A DNA stretch of 64,000 bases from Octopus vulgaris (GCA_951406725.2 OX597814.1:198834001-198898000), one strand, 5' to 3'. Numbered from the stretch's first letter, positions 26,290-40,680 are shown. Notes: a model not told the origin generated them from the sequence alone. Numbers and translations: made by a program.

Positions 26290-27010
26290 ACACTTTACGG
26301 CTACAATCCTAAGCTTGACCAACTGAGACTATGGCTTTTATCCAACCATCTCGTTCTTGATCTACTTTATATCCGACCCGTTATCTCAGTTTGAAGAATC
26401 CGTCTTGCGATTCTTTGTGACATTCTAATCACCTGTCCGCGGTCCTGGAGTTGTGACCTCTCAATGTGGAAAGTAGCTGCTCGATCTGGAGAGAATCCCT
26501 AATCTCTAAACAACAGACCCTACCGAGTAACGATGTTCCAGAGACACTTCAGAGGGGCTCTATTTCGGCTGCTTGTACTCTCTAGTGTACTCTTTGTGTG
26601 GTTACCCAATATTCATGAACACAGGTGATTAGAGGCACGGAAATCGAATTGAAGATAACGAGTTTGGCTTTTGCTTAACAACCTCTCATGAGGATTGAAT
26701 GCTAGAGGTGGCGCATTACTGTGCCAGCATCTTATCTTCAATTCTAGTGCCCAATCAAGGCCCCTAATTTCCAACAATCTTTAATACGGCCCTGAAATAC
26801 TTAAACTCCATATATCTCAGTGATGTTCACAAACATGCAGAGTGCACTGGGACGAGTTTCGCGAGATCAATGTCTCAGTCTTTGCAACACTAATTCACAT
26901 CTCTGCCTTGCAGCACTCGGCAACGAACCCCTTCACTGCACGCTATAGATAATCTTTTGATAAGCCAAGTAGAATTGTATTGTCTGCAAATATCAGCATA
27001 CCGATCCTAC
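26290..27010 (-). mobile_element. Degenerate RTE-clade LINE RT/C-terminal fragment
   Basis: Manual minus-strand translation gives IGMLIFADNTILL (FADD-like), EFKYF and RVQAAEI. Confidence 0.65.
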
Positions 27011-28049
27011 GAAGCAACACTTCCACAACGACAGCGCATGTAAAAATAAATATTTGGGTTTTGTGTTTGCTTTCCCATGTTCTTCACATGAACTCTTTAA
27101 ACGAATTTTGTAGTATCTCGGGATATAAACATCATAGAGAGGATGTCGAGAAATACATATTGTTTATTGAGATAATTTAAACAGCATAATCTTAAAAATT
27201 ACTCTTGAAAAAAAAAAGGCTTCAGAGAGTCATATTTACAGAGAATCCGTAGAAAAAAGCACAGACAATAGCGAGCGAATGTTTAAGGATACATATGAAA
27301 ATGTACTCTGATATACACAATATTTCTCGAATGGTAATGGTTAAACGATTTCCATATTTTTAATAACTTAGAGACCTAATATTTATTCTAGCTTCCGCTC
27401 CTGCGACTTAATTTTGGCGAAGTTTCTAATTTAGTTGTTATATTAAACAATATGAATAATGCCGTTTAGCGGGAGCAAGTCGATGGTTATGTTTGGTATA
27501 CTTGAATGCACAACATTCAAATCCACAGGGTAATTTTTGAGTCAAGTAAGAAGCCTGTTGAACAGGATTTAAGAACCTCAGGCATGGATAAAATATTCAT
27601 TTGCGTTTATAGTTGAAACTGTTTTCGAAAGAAATCCCTAATATATTATTTGTAAGATATGAACTCATTTCAACCTCAAGAACAAATCAATTTAAAATAA
27701 GTTGATTATTCATAAACTAATTATATTAATAATTTTATATTTTTCTCAAAAGTGATTTCCCATAGGCTTTGGAACACTTGTACTAAGATGACTCCCTACT
27801 TCTATGTAATTTCTCAGCTTGCCAGAGATACGAACCAAATATTCTTCAAATCACAACGTGTAGTTTTAAAAAGTGAGAACATAATTTAGTAATGTGGTCA
27901 TAGATATAAAAGAAAAACAATGAAAACAGACGGAATTATCACGAGTGGATCGCTTTTGATAAAAGTCTTCTCCATATTAAGTCTGATGTAGGCTGGTTCA
28001 CAACTGCAACAAAGACAACAATATTTTTCTGCTAGCTTTTAATTTCGTA

Positions 28050-28440
28050 AGTCATCAGACTGCGGCCATGCTGGGGCATGCATTAATGAATTTTTTGTCG
28101 AGCGAATCGACCCTGGTACTTATTATTTTTGTAAAGCTTGGTAATTATTCTACCGGACTCATTAGCCGAACCACTAAGTTACGCGAATGTTAAAAAAAAG
28201 GGCCGGTTGTCAAGCGGTGGTGAGGGACAAAGACACAAACTCACACATACATACATACATACATACATGCATGCATGCATGCATTCATACATACATACAT
28301 ACATATATATATATTTTTTTATATACACACAATGGGGTCCTTTCAGTTTCCATCTAGCAGAACTTGCCCACCGTGCCAAGCAGCGGGACTGGCCCCGGAA
28401 CCATGTGGTTGTGAAGCAAGCTTCTTATTACACTTCCACA
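28050..28440 (-). mobile_element. Central-microsatellite SINE (diverged, internally deleted)
   Basis: ctgcggccatgctgg, gccgaaccactaagttacg and ggaaccatgtggttg motifs. Confidence 0.8.
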
Positions 28441-29055
28441 CAGATAGAATGCATATAAAAGATAGATTACCAAGTTGTTATTTGGTTACAAATAAAATTT
28501 ATATAATAAATTTATATACTACTAAAAAAATAAAACAAAATCTATATAAAATGGCAGCTTTTAATTTACTTAAAAAATGTTTAACGCTAATACTTATCTT
28601 GAAAAGACACAGCAATCACTTGAAGCAAACAGATGGTAAGGTGGTCTTGTCACTTCATCTATGAAAACACATCTTGTCTAAACTAATTAAAGGTTAAGAC
28701 TATTTTTATATTAAAGAAAGTTATTCAATTGCTGACTAGTCAGTTTCAATATCGATTTCTTAACTTTTAATCTTCGTTCATAGAGAGTTTTGGGGGCAAC
28801 AGCCATTTACATTTCCGTGAGACAATTTATTCAAACTTTTATTTAGAAAAGGCTAATGATGTAGATACATTCCTCCATTTCAGTGTAAGCTTATTAAATC
28901 TTGTGTATTGCTCTTCCAATTTAACACAGAGGTTTTTCAAAAATAATAGACAGTTAATCATCACTTTTCAACATTGAGCCACTATTTGTCACTAACTATA
29001 ACAGAATGAACATTATTTAGTATAATATTTGAATAGTCTAAACTTTAAAGAATGG

Positions 29056-29316
29056 TCATCATCATCTCTTGTGAAAGGTAGAAGAATCCAATTTGCTGGA
29101 CATTGTTGTAGAGCTGAAAGCAAGGTAATTTCCACTCTTCTCCTCTGGAAGCCATCTGCTCGCGATACCAGAGGGCGCACACTCTCCTACCCTGATGTAA
29201 TCTCCTGGGATATAGGCATCCAGCAACAGGACCTCCGTAATGCTATGATGGACCGTGAAGTCTGGCGTAACAGTAAATTCCATTGTCTCGACCACGGTCG
29301 AACAATGATGATGATG
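29056..29316 (+). mobile_element. 5'-truncated RTE-like LINE 3' end with (ATG)n tail and 9-bp TSD
   Basis: RRIQFAGHCCR...AMMDREVWR; TSD aaagaatgg at 29047-29055 and 29317-29325. Confidence 0.9.
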
Positions 29317-30659
29317 AAAGAATGGCGTGTGATCAAAAATTATCTAGCGTTACCTATGTAGGTGTGTATTTCTAGTCTGAGTTCAAATATGTGTGTCTCT
29401 ACTCTTTTTTTTTTTCTGAGAGATTCATTTGTAGAAATTTAGTTTGCAGAATTGTAGCCTGTCACTAGGAAAACGGTGACGCCTGTTACATGTGTCAAAA
29501 TAATTACAAAGACTTATGAGATAAACTGTATTATTGTGTCCATAATTATGTGTGTATATATTCATTCCTGCAAATTGAAATGGAAAGAAAATGAAGATGA
29601 CGGAGAAGAAGAAAAAAAAGAAGTAGTAGTAGTAGTAGTAGTAGAAGAAGAATCGATCTATCTAACTCACCTATTAAAACGAATCTGAGTGATGAAAAAG
29701 TTTTAAAGATTAAAATTTGATATTCTGTAGAAGGGAAATGTCCAGATTTACATTTGTATTATCGATTATTGAGGATTAAATTTTTCTCGTTTTAAGAAGA
29801 ATAATGAAGAAAGAAATAACATCTACATGCTATGTACATCACCATATTTATTGAAGAATACTCGACCTCCCCCGCCGCAATTTTAAAAAAATGAATGCTT
29901 GACGCCTGTGTTATCTAATAAACTGTCTCTGGAGAAATGTTTAAGAATTCCTGTTTATCAAGTAATCTTTCAATCTTTCAGGAGGTGGTGTTTGATACTG
30001 GGAATATATTTAATCTATTGCATTAGTGGGTCAGAAATGGCGTTCCTGCTGGTGCCAATGAATGAATTAGTATCAATAGAAAGATGTATGTCTTTCAATT
30101 ACATGTAACGAACGAACAAATTTCAGTTTATAATTTGTAGAATACAGAGGGAAGTATTTATTTTGAAACCAAATATCGATTATCTTTATAAGTAAATAAA
30201 TTAATAACAGAAATTTGTGGTTACTTTATAATCTTTACTCGTAGAAACATACGCTATCGGTTATAATAACACAAGTGACACACTCAACCAAGATACATAT
30301 ATTAATAATTGTTTACAATTTCAAATATTTAAAAAAATCAGCCGGTTAAAGTTGTGTTAGCTTTGGTTGCACCTGCTTCATTCGAAATATCAGTAGAAAT
30401 ATAGGATAAAACAGAATCCAAGGAGACTGGTGGTGGTGCACGTCGGAGAGACTTGTATTATTTGAAAAGGGTAACAGAAAGAGCATTGTAAAATAGCTGT
30501 GGGGAATGGAGTGTCCGATGTTTCAGACAGAGTCTTTCTTTAGGCGGCTGACGATAGCAGATGGGAAATAAAAGACTGCAGCCTTTTAATCCTATGTTTG
30601 GGAAACGATGGAATACAAGACATGGAGGGTTTCTATACGTAGACAGGAACAAACAGGAG

Positions 30660-30706
30660 AGAGAAACTGGACGAGAGAGAGAGAGAGGGGGGATAGAGAG
30701 AGACAG

Positions 30707-30739
<33 letters not shown>

Positions 30740-30745
30740 TATATA

Positions 30746-30777
<32 letters not shown>

Positions 30778-30862
30778 CAGACGGACAGATAGAGAGAGAG
30801 AGACAGAGATAGATAGACAGATAGATAGATAGGTAGATAGATAGATAGATAGAGAGAGAGAG
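30660..30862. repeat. Compound (GA)n/(GATA)n microsatellite
   Basis: Directly visible in the sequence. Confidence 0.95.
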
Positions 30863-33766
30863 AAGGAAAGAAAAATGGTAAAAGATCAAGGAGCTGGCGT
30901 AGGTGAGGTGGAAGAGAAAATAAGGTGAGAGGAGGGGTTGAAGACCGAGAATGGGAATAATGAATGAGGATACATCTGGGGACAGAAGGTAAAAAAGATT
31001 TTCTTTTAAATCAGATGGTGGCATGGTTTCCCAGTTTGAATATGAAACATGGGTGTGAAGAGATGCTGCTCATTGATAAATAAATGAAGTAATGATCCGT
31101 TAGATTGGCCAATATACCTATTAGTGGGCTTCAAATTTTCTTCAATTCATTTAAAGCTGAGGTGAAGAAAGAGTATATAGCACATGTGGTTATTTGGCAA
31201 AAAAAAAAAAAATGACTGTCCCGAAATATAACAATATCTGTTTCAACGATTTCATATCAGGAAATTTGCAAAATAAATTTATTAATTCCTCTTACTTTAG
31301 TCATCGTAAAATATTGTAGAACACTTCTGTTGTCCCCTAACTGCACCTTTTTTCTCTTTCACATCATCATTGTGCACATCACTAAACATAATTTCAATTA
31401 CGTAGTTTTTGTTGGGTAACTGGAATAGCTAGGCTTACTAAATCAAGTATGGCTGTACCTTTCGAAGTCAGCAAGTCTAGTATTCTTCAGGGCGATCAGA
31501 GAACATTCTTCTATATAGAACTGAAACATGACCTATGAAAGAGAAGCATCAAGATCACCATGATCATAGCTATACTAGTCCTCTTTTGACGGTTCAAACA
31601 TCTCACTGTGTATGCACACCCATTTCTCCTACTATTACTCAACGAAGGAAATGTAGTCTTTGATGGTCAGTGCTATCGTGCTGATGAACAAGTCTTATAG
31701 GAAGTTATATTTTGGAAACTTAACTATATTGATGGCATGCCAGGCACACAAAACAAAATGGAAGGCCTTCGAAAGCTAATGAAGAAAAGTTCCAGCCGTG
31801 GTTTTGTAAAATGCATCTCGATTGCGGTTGCTTGAAAAGGTACGCCAGAACTCATTTTAATATAAATTTGTGCCATTGGCTGGTGGAAATTAATGCTTCG
31901 TATTTATGTGGTAACTGTCGTCGAAGCAAATTTTTATTCTCTTTCAGAGATTCTCTCAGTTTTATTCCCTGACTAGATTTATTTCATTTGTGCTACTGAG
32001 GGATTTCGACAGGAAATAATGATCATAATGTATGTCCCATCCTTTATAAATATTACAATCGACTTCTTCTCATCTAAAGATGTATTTCGTGAGAAATATA
32101 TCATTACCCCTCACTAGGAACGATAATAAAGTAAATCTGTCTATCACATGTATGTGAAGGTCAAAACCTTTGAACAACACAAACAATTTTGCATTATACT
32201 TAGTCGATAAATTGGTTAAATATTTTCCTGTTTGCAAACATAATTTTCGATATGCCGCCTGTTGTATACAATTTTCTAAAGAAAAGAAATTTTATTCAAT
32301 GCTTTTTTTTCTTTTTCATGTTTCAGTTCTTGTTTCAATTCTTTTTAAAAGCTTCGTAAAGGATTTCTTTCAATGAAACATAATTCTATTGCTTTCCATT
32401 GGTGGAATTTCTCGGGGTTATTTCGTCTCGTATTGATTGTGAATGGTTGCAGCAAAATCGGGAAGTTTTAATTAAATTATTATAAATGCTGTAGTATAAT
32501 TAGATTTCAGACGATTGATGCGTATATTTTACTTATTTTATTTTATAGGATTCATCAGCATGTTAGAGAAACACAAATATATTATGTTCTTGTTGTACAC
32601 TATTGATAACAATGAAACGTTGGCTGCAATATAAGCATTTCTCTTATCTACAGGCTGTAGGAAGATTTGAGCTGACATTATCTGCAAACAAAACATTCAG
32701 TAGTTACATAAGCACTATGTACTTACTACATAAAAATATAGAATTCGAAATTGTCAGCTTTAGAATTCAGTAAAGGATACTGAATAGCAATGAAAAAGGA
32801 ATACGTTTGCTATTTGCTACGCAGTGGAGACTGTATTGACATGTGCAGTTGGACGTTTCCTACTTTATGATTGTTAGGGAAATGATACTTTATAGATTTC
32901 AGAGATATGAGTCGTTTCTTCAAGGAAGAGAAATGTAGTTGGTAACGTTTATGAATCTCTGCTCGAACATTACTGTCCAAATGTAAAGTGAATACAATTA
33001 GTAATGATGAAAGCTGTTTGTCAAGCAACCACAAATTTACAACATTTATAGAGAGAATATTTTTATTTCTCAATGACATAATCAAAGGCGACCATTTCCA
33101 GGGTCCCAACAGAGTTTACTTCTCTAAAAGGCACGCAAGGACCAGGTGCTGGTGCTACAACGGATGATAAATTAACAGTAGATCCAGTTCTATTGGGGAT
33201 TATTTCCATTGTTGAAACTAGAGAGAAAAACGCAAAATTCACTTCTACAGACTTGAAACTAGAATGTGACCTAAGTCACAAGTTATAAATACTTGCTGGA
33301 CAGTAGTTGGCTCTTGCTACAAAACTTCTAAAGTTATTACAAGTGGATTATGTGGCTTCCTAAAGTTATTACTAGTGGATTATGTGGCTTACAGCAAAAA
33401 CAGAGAATATAACAAGTATTGATCTAGTATATTACTGGTATTTATCATAGTTAGAATAACGAAAAGTCAATGTCAACCCAAAACGGGTTTTACAATGTGA
33501 ACATAAATAAACTTAGAAAGATATTTAAAAATATTGAATCTAGAAAAAAAGTTCACAGATTCACTGGCTATCATATCGATTCTTTAGGTTGTCATGAGAT
33601 TGCAGGACTACAGGTGAAAGGTGTAGTAAATTGCAATATTCTCTTATCGATCCCTCCAGGCAAATTTTACTGCCAGATCGACTTGAGATTAAAAACCATA
33701 GCAACGAAACTAAGTATAGTAACATATTAAGTATTAGTCTACTAATTTAGTCTACTGCTTATTGTC

Positions 33767-34005
33767 ACGCGTGGCTTAGTGGTTTGGGTGTCAGCATCAT
33801 GATCGTAAGATTGTGGTTTCGATTCCTGGACCGGGCGATGCGTTGTGTTCTTGAGCAAAACTTTTCATTTCACGTTACTCCGGTCCACTCAGCTGGCAAA
33901 AATGAGTAACGCTGCGATGGACTGGTGCCCCGTCAGCTGGGGAACACATACGCCATACAAACCGGACCCATGAGCCTGGCTAGGCTTTAAAAGGGTGCAT
34001 TAATT
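33767..34005 (+). mobile_element. tRNA-derived SINE with CORE-like centre and ctgcgatggactgg tail
   Basis: A box tggcttagtgg, B box gtttcgattcc, gtgttcttgagcaa; tail shared with the 37045 element. Confidence 0.85.
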
Positions 34006-34019
34006 TTTTTTATTGTCAC

Positions 34020-34450
34020 TCCACCGACTGTACAAACATTTTGTCTGTCATCTCTTTTTCCACCGAGTTTTAGCATTAGAACATTCTTTTAAATATTTTT
34101 GTCCATCTCTCAGTTTTCTTTCGATATTTTGAGCAAGGTAGGGGTTCGAGATTGCTGATGCAAATTGTTAAGTGTGGACGGACGTATCATAGTCGTATAC
34201 AGTTTTAAATAAATAGCTGGAGAGCGACTGACAAAGATCTTACTGAGAGATGCAGCGACAAACTTAGAGATGTGGTTCAGCCTCCTTGACAAACTTAGAG
34301 ATGTGGTTTGTTCACGCAGATTGCAGTTTAAAATAAAATCCGGATTACTTTCACTAACAGACTTCTTAAGATTGGTGTTGTTGAGGAGGTATGTAAAAGC
34401 TGGGTTTTTTCCTCCAAAAGTGCATACTGAAATAGGTTGATACTGTTGTA
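34020..34450 (-). mobile_element. CR1-type LINE fragment, paralogous to 35480-36170
   Basis: ASLSKIFVSRSPAIYLKLYTTMIRP. Confidence 0.75.
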
Positions 34451-34465
34451 CAGTCGTAATAATAC

Positions 34466-34501
<36 letters not shown>

Positions 34502-34505
34502 TAAC

Positions 34506-34536
<31 letters not shown>

Positions 34537-35091
34537 CTGCTTCTCTTTGTTTACATTTCTCTTACGTCCTACGATACCGTTTAATAACTTCACCCGACTC
34601 CTCCTTCCATATAAGTCTGTATTTAGTCACAAATAGAAGCATCGGTTGACGACTGCAATATGCTTATATATTAATATCCTTCTCATTGAGTTGCAGATTT
34701 ATTGAAGTTTCTTGCCACTCATCTTATTAACTGTCAGACTCATGTGCTACTTTTGTTTCATCGATCTGCAGCCATGTGCCGCAGTATCAATTGCTAAAGT
34801 TAGAAACACACACACACACACACACACGTCACACATTTTCACATACATACGTGTATTTATTTAATCATATGTATATATAATGAGAATTCATAAATATTTA
34901 TAAATAGATATCATATATATATATATATATATATACATAGAGATATAGTTATATTTATGTATGTATATATATATGTGTGTGTGTCTGTGTTTGCAATAAT
35001 AATCACAATATATATTAATACATATTTTTATGTTTGATTATTTAACTATGTAGTGTATTTAGATTTATGATTATATATCATATATATAATC

Positions 35092-35431
35092 ATGGCAAGT
35101 GTCTTCTATCATACCCTCGGGTTGACCAAAGCCTTGTGAGTGGATTTGGTTGACGAAAACTGAAAGAAGCCCGTCGTATATATGTATATATATATATGTA
35201 TGTGTTTGTGTGTGTGTTTGTGTGTCTGTGTTTGTCCGCCCCCCCCAACATCGCTTGACAACCGATTCTGGTGTGTTTACGTCCCCGTAACTTAGCGGTT
35301 CGGCAAAAGAGACCGATAGAATAAGTACAAGGATTACAAAGAAAAAGTCCTGGGGTCAATTTGCTCGACTAAAGGCGGTGCTCCAGCATGGCCACAGTCA
35401 AACGACTGAACAAGTAGAAGAGTAAAAGAGA
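35092..35431 (+). mobile_element. 5'-truncated central-microsatellite SINE
   Basis: High similarity to 53256-53640. Confidence 0.9.
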
Positions 35432-35479
35432 ATAATAATCACAACGAATGTCCTCTATAAGTGCTCAGGTACCCTAGAA

Positions 35480-36170
35480 AAGGAAAGGGAGTCATTAGGT
35501 GTACTGTTGGCGAATTTCAGGTAGCATAGAAGTTTTGAAGGATGTAGTACCTTGGCAGCTATCAACTGATGCAGGTAATTTATTTCCTGCTTCATGAATT
35601 CTGAGCATGAAAATATTTCCGAATGTCATGGGTATTGTCTTTTTGGTTTTGGAATCATGTCCACGAGTGTTTGAAATATGGAATTCAAAAAGGTGAACAA
35701 AGTTTTTGTTGGGAAAGATGGTGGATAATCTTGTGGATGTCTACCAAGCCAGTTACCAGAAGTCAGCTTTAATGGGCCCATGTCCAGGGAAGCAAGACGT
35801 TCAGAGTAAGGTAGATGCCAGGCAGCGGAAATCCGTTTGGTTGCACGTGTCTGAACAGTTTCCGGGAGATCGATATCCTGAGTAAGGTAAGGGTTCCAGA
35901 CCTGTGATGCAAACTCTAAGTGTGGACGTACCATAGTCACATACTTTTAAATTGATAGCTGGAGAGCGGCTGACAAATATCTTACTGAGTCATGCTAGGA
36001 CTCGCTCAGCCTCCTTGAGAGTCTTAGGGATGTGGTTTGTCCAAAGCAGATCGCTGTTTAAAATAATATCCAGATCACGTTCACTAACAGATTTCTTAAG
36101 GCTGCGGTTATTGAGGAAGTAAGCAAAAGCAGGGTTTTCCTCCCAAAGCGCCTCGTCGATACTATTATAC
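35480..36170 (-). mobile_element. CR1-type LINE ORF2 3' fragment
   Basis: MVRPHLEFASQVWNPYLTQDIDLPETVQTRATKRI...LPYSERLASL. Confidence 0.9.
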
Positions 36171-36171
36171 A

Positions 36172-36203
<32 letters not shown>

Positions 36204-36225
36204 CTACTGCTACTACTTGTGGTAA

Positions 36226-36276
<51 letters not shown>

Positions 36277-36490
36277 CAGCAGCAGTAGTAGTAGTAATTC
36301 TTTCTATTGTAGGCACAAGACCAGTAATTTTAGGGGAAAAAGCTCAAGTAGTGTGCTTGGTTATATCGACACAACATCAGGGTCTCACGAATAAAAAGCA
36401 AAAATAAACAATAAAAACATAACCACACATATCTATATGAACGCAATATTAGCATCATCTGTCTACCTATCTATCTATCTCTCCCTCACT

Positions 36491-36562
<72 letters not shown>

Positions 36563-36711
36563 GTATATATTCCTATTATTATAACACTCATATTTATTTA
36601 CATAGATATATGTAACTTACCTGAATCCGTTATTGATATCTCGATCGTTAATAATCCTTCTGAAAACGTGACACCTATCATTTTAGGAGATTTCCTAGAA
36701 ATCCTAACATG

Positions 36712-36754
<43 letters not shown>

Positions 36755-36759
<5 letters not shown>

Positions 36760-38330
36760 CAGCGGCAAACTGGAAGTAAGACTACAAGAAAACGGGAAGT
36801 TATATGGTTTAATCCCACCTTTTACCTGCAGGTTAAAAATCTCTCAAAGATGTGTTTTAATATCATCGATAAGAATTTCCCTGTGGGCCATAAATACCGT
36901 TCTATCTTTAATAGAACTTGTCTAAAACTTTCTTACTCAACTACGCCTAATTTAGGATCGATAAACGCAGGGAACAAATAGATTTAAGCTTGAGAATAAC
37001 GGGAATATGGGTAAACCCAATATGAGTGGGATAAATACTATTATTTTTTTATGCGCCCTTTTCAAGCCTAGCCAGGCTCATGGGCCCGGTTTCCCGGTTT
37101 CTGTGGCGTATGTGTTCCCCCCAGCTGGAAGGGACGCCAGTCCATCGCAGCGTTACTCAAGAAACAAGAAGAGAGAGTGAGAGAAAGTTGGGGCGAAAGA
37201 GTACAACAGGGTTCGCCACCCACCCCCTGCCGGGGCCTCGTGGAGCTTTAGGTGTTTTCGCTCCATAAACACACGCAACGCCCGGTCTGGAAATCGAAAC
37301 TACGATCCTCCGACCGCGAGTCTGCTGCCCTAACCACTGGGCCATTGCGCCTCCAGGAGTAATACCAACATAGATAAAGAACGCAGAGGGATGACCAACC
37401 GAAAAATAACCTGCAAATGTCGGAACTGCAATTTATGTGCATTAGGGAGTTCTTGTGTAAGGAAAAACGTGGCATACAAGACTGAGGTCATAACAACCAA
37501 TCAACCTAAGAATATATACATAGGATGTACCACAGATTTCAAAACAAGATATAGAGGACATATCATCTTATTCTCGAACCCAGGAACAAAAAAAAAACAT
37601 CGGTGGCTACATATATTAAGAAATTAAAAATGCGAGATAAGGAATTGAGATTAGACTGGTCGATCATAATGGAAACCACCCCATATAAAACGTATACAGG
37701 AAGGTGTAAGCTAGGTACGAAGGAAACAAATAGTATACGTCGTACAGACAACAACATTTTTAATTAATAAAATATTTTAATTAATGAAATATGCACGAAT
37801 TTTGTTTGATAAAATATTTTAATTTTAATTAATAAAATTTTAATTAATAAAATATGCTCAAAGGCATAAATACTTAGCTATATTTAAGTTTTTTTTAAAA
37901 AACTAGAACGGATAGAATCCGATCTTATGAACATAGACTTGCCTTAATAAAATAATAATTTCTTCCACTTTGGTTAGATTTGATCAACTTAAAGTTTAAG
38001 CTTAAAATTCTTTATACATTGGCATCTTAGCAATTCACAGGCTTTTGATATTTTTGTAATTTTTGTAAATTTTAAAATTCGCCTTTTTTGTAAACCCATT
38101 CGTTAATCTGACCCCACATCAGGTTGTACTGTCCCCTCTATGTTTGCCCCTTGTGGGTAATAATAAAACAATTGTTAACTAAGGTTAACCCAAAATTTGA
38201 GACCTCACTGTATTTTATTTTTACTAATATCCCCATTCGCACAAAAGTTTTACTTCACAACTTTTACCAGATCACCAAGGCTTTCTATATCCTGGCGAAA
38301 GTTTTAAAAAATACTACAGCATTAAAATAA
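36755..38330 (+). mobile_element. Penelope-like element 3' part (RT thumb, GIY-YIG endonuclease, pseudo-LTR) interrupted by a SINE
   Basis: RKREVIWFNP...HKYRSIFNRTCLKLSYS and CKCRNCNLCALGSSC...NVAY...IYIGCTTDFKTRYRGH; decayed HHR-like motif at ~38262-38310. Confidence 0.9.
37045..37355 (-). mobile_element. tRNA-derived SINE nested in the PLE
   Basis: Head nearly identical to the 8690 element but with a different tail. Confidence 0.9.
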
Positions 38331-39194
38331 AAAGTAACATTACTCGATATAACTTCAGGATCTGTAAGTAGGAAATATTTTACGCTTTCTCAATTTTAAA
38401 ACTATTTTAATCGATTTATTTGTACCTTTGATGAGAGAAATGCGACTATCTGTATCGGTTGGCAAACTCGCCCAGTACAAACGCATTCCTCGAAACGATA
38501 TCAAAATTTTGTAATACTGCTTTTCTATGAATTCTAATATTGGAGCGCTTGAAACCTAACCTCTCGGTGAATTTGTTATGTACTTTGTATTCCCTTGATA
38601 AAGGAACTTGACCTATGAAAATTTGTTCCACTTTGATTTTTGTTACATGAAAGCAGAATTTAGTTGAAATATATTTGTCACATATTTCAACTGCTAAAGG
38701 TAAATACACTGCATTAACCGTGGAAAAAAATCTCTCTTATGGTAGAAAGGTATGAAACACCAGTTCGTTCAGTGTCGCCATCTTTTAGGAATCTCAGACA
38801 TCACTGTTTAGAGTTTTTTTTACTCTTGTCAATGAGACATATCTAAGAGATGCAACTCTGAACAAACTAAATAAAGCTTGTAGCTTTATATAAAATTCAG
38901 TCAACACGTTGACTGATTTGCGCTCGTAGTTCGCCCGATCGAGATAAATAACGAAGCAGTGGGATCTTTTCCTTTTGAAGGCCAGATTTCAACACAATTT
39001 CTAGTTAACTAAACACTTAAAAATTTCGTATACTGGTAGAATGTGTCAAAAGAAAACATTATTTTCACTTGGCTTTCTTGATAAATTCGTTTGTTTAACG
39101 TAGTTTAATTTTTCGAATTTTAACCAATCCTATGCTCTCTTAAAATCATTTGCTGCGTCTAAAACTGAGAAGATCCAAGCAGTGTTTAGGTTTG

Positions 39195-39390
39195 TGCACA
39201 GTCTTTCTTAGGAAGAGTTGAAGGAGATTCCGAAGTCGTCTGAAGTCCATGGTCGAAGCCAATGGATTTTATTGAATGAATTTACTCTTTAGTATTTCAA
39301 GATATTTTCATGTAATTTCCGTAAATATATAAGATGAGATGTCAGTGTTATTTTCATTTCCGCGTAATTAAGACAACAGTTCATTCATTA
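39195..39390 (+). mobile_element. Tc1/mariner transposase C-terminal remnant
   Basis: aggagattccgaagtcgtctgaagtccatggtcgaagccaatgga translates to RRFRSRLKSMVEANG. Confidence 0.55.
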
Positions 39391-40680
39391 GTTCATTTAT
39401 ATATATATATATCCACACACATACAAATGTGTGTGTGTATAGTTATTAATAGCAGAGTAGAAATATTGGGTTGAAATCGCTTTTGGATAGAAAAAGTCCA
39501 ACTCCGCCCGTGGGACTCGAACGCTTATCTCCTGTAAGCATAAGAGGCGTTCTACCATTGTATGAAAGCACTTATGATATCACCAATAGATAGATGGATA
39601 TATATTAATATACTCTTTACTCTTTTACTCTTTTACTTGTTTCAGTCATTTGACTGCGGCCATGCTGGAGCACCGCCTTTAGGTATAGATATATATTTAT
39701 AGATATATATTTATATATGTAAGTATACACACACCCCTATATAGATACATATACAGATATATTTGTGTACATGTATATTTTACTGTGTGTGAGTATTTTG
39801 GTGAAGTCGACAGAATGTGATCATGTGATGTAACGGAAAATTGGCTGCTATCTCTGGCAAAGGATGAGACGGATTTCGAAGGAAGTGATCTGTTAAATCA
39901 GAATTTTTGTACGAGTCCTCAAATATTATTTTATATTGATTTTCTAAAACAAAAAAAAAAAAACTATTAGTTTCCCGAATATTCGAGTTATCCAAACAAT
40001 CTGTTGTCCACATAGTCGTTCCTGTATGTGTTTCAGAATGTGTGTGTACGTATTTGCATGCTTAACTGCAGATGCTAGAGAAAAATATCGCTATTGGATC
40101 ACAGTTCAAACAAACCACGAGATTAAAGAGAAATTGTTACATTAACTCATGCTTGAGTTAGTGATGGGAAACATTGTATGTGTGCATTTATAGTGACCCG
40201 GCCAGTGGACGTACATAACGGATACAAAACACTAAACAAAGCATTGTGTTGACTGTGTCTACACAGTTTTCTTGCAGGGAATATATAAGACAAGAAAAAA
40301 AATATTTTTATAAAATGTTTTGTTCGCCTACTTATTTAAGAATAAAGCAGAAATAAGCTATATTTTTCGTATCTAAAACTTACATGCACGGAGCCGATAT
40401 ATAAGTGGGTGATTACATACTTGGAAATATTTATGTATGTCTTCAATTACGCCATAAATATTTTCTCTTTAAAGGAGTGTTGAAAAAAATACTTGTCTGT
40501 ACACAGTGCTACATGTGATTCTGCGATGCATTTAACCGAAAAGACCCATTTTAGTGATAGTTATAATAAAAGCTGCTGTTTACCCGATGGTCTAAAATGT
40601 CACCATGAATAATCTTTTCCCCCTACTTTCCACCGTCCCTCTCCCATCCCTCCATCTCTTTTCACACATGCGCGCGCACA

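Noticed and set aside
28040-28062. Minus-strand CTGATGA-cttac-GAAA
   Set aside because: It arises from a mutated SINE tail and has no stems I-III.
31450-31495. Minus-strand CTGAAGA...GAAA
   Set aside because: No convincing stem II, cleavage triplet or stem I.
32810-33109. Possible hAT dimerisation-domain remnant (FSSLKKRL)
   Set aside because: The similarity is too short to support.
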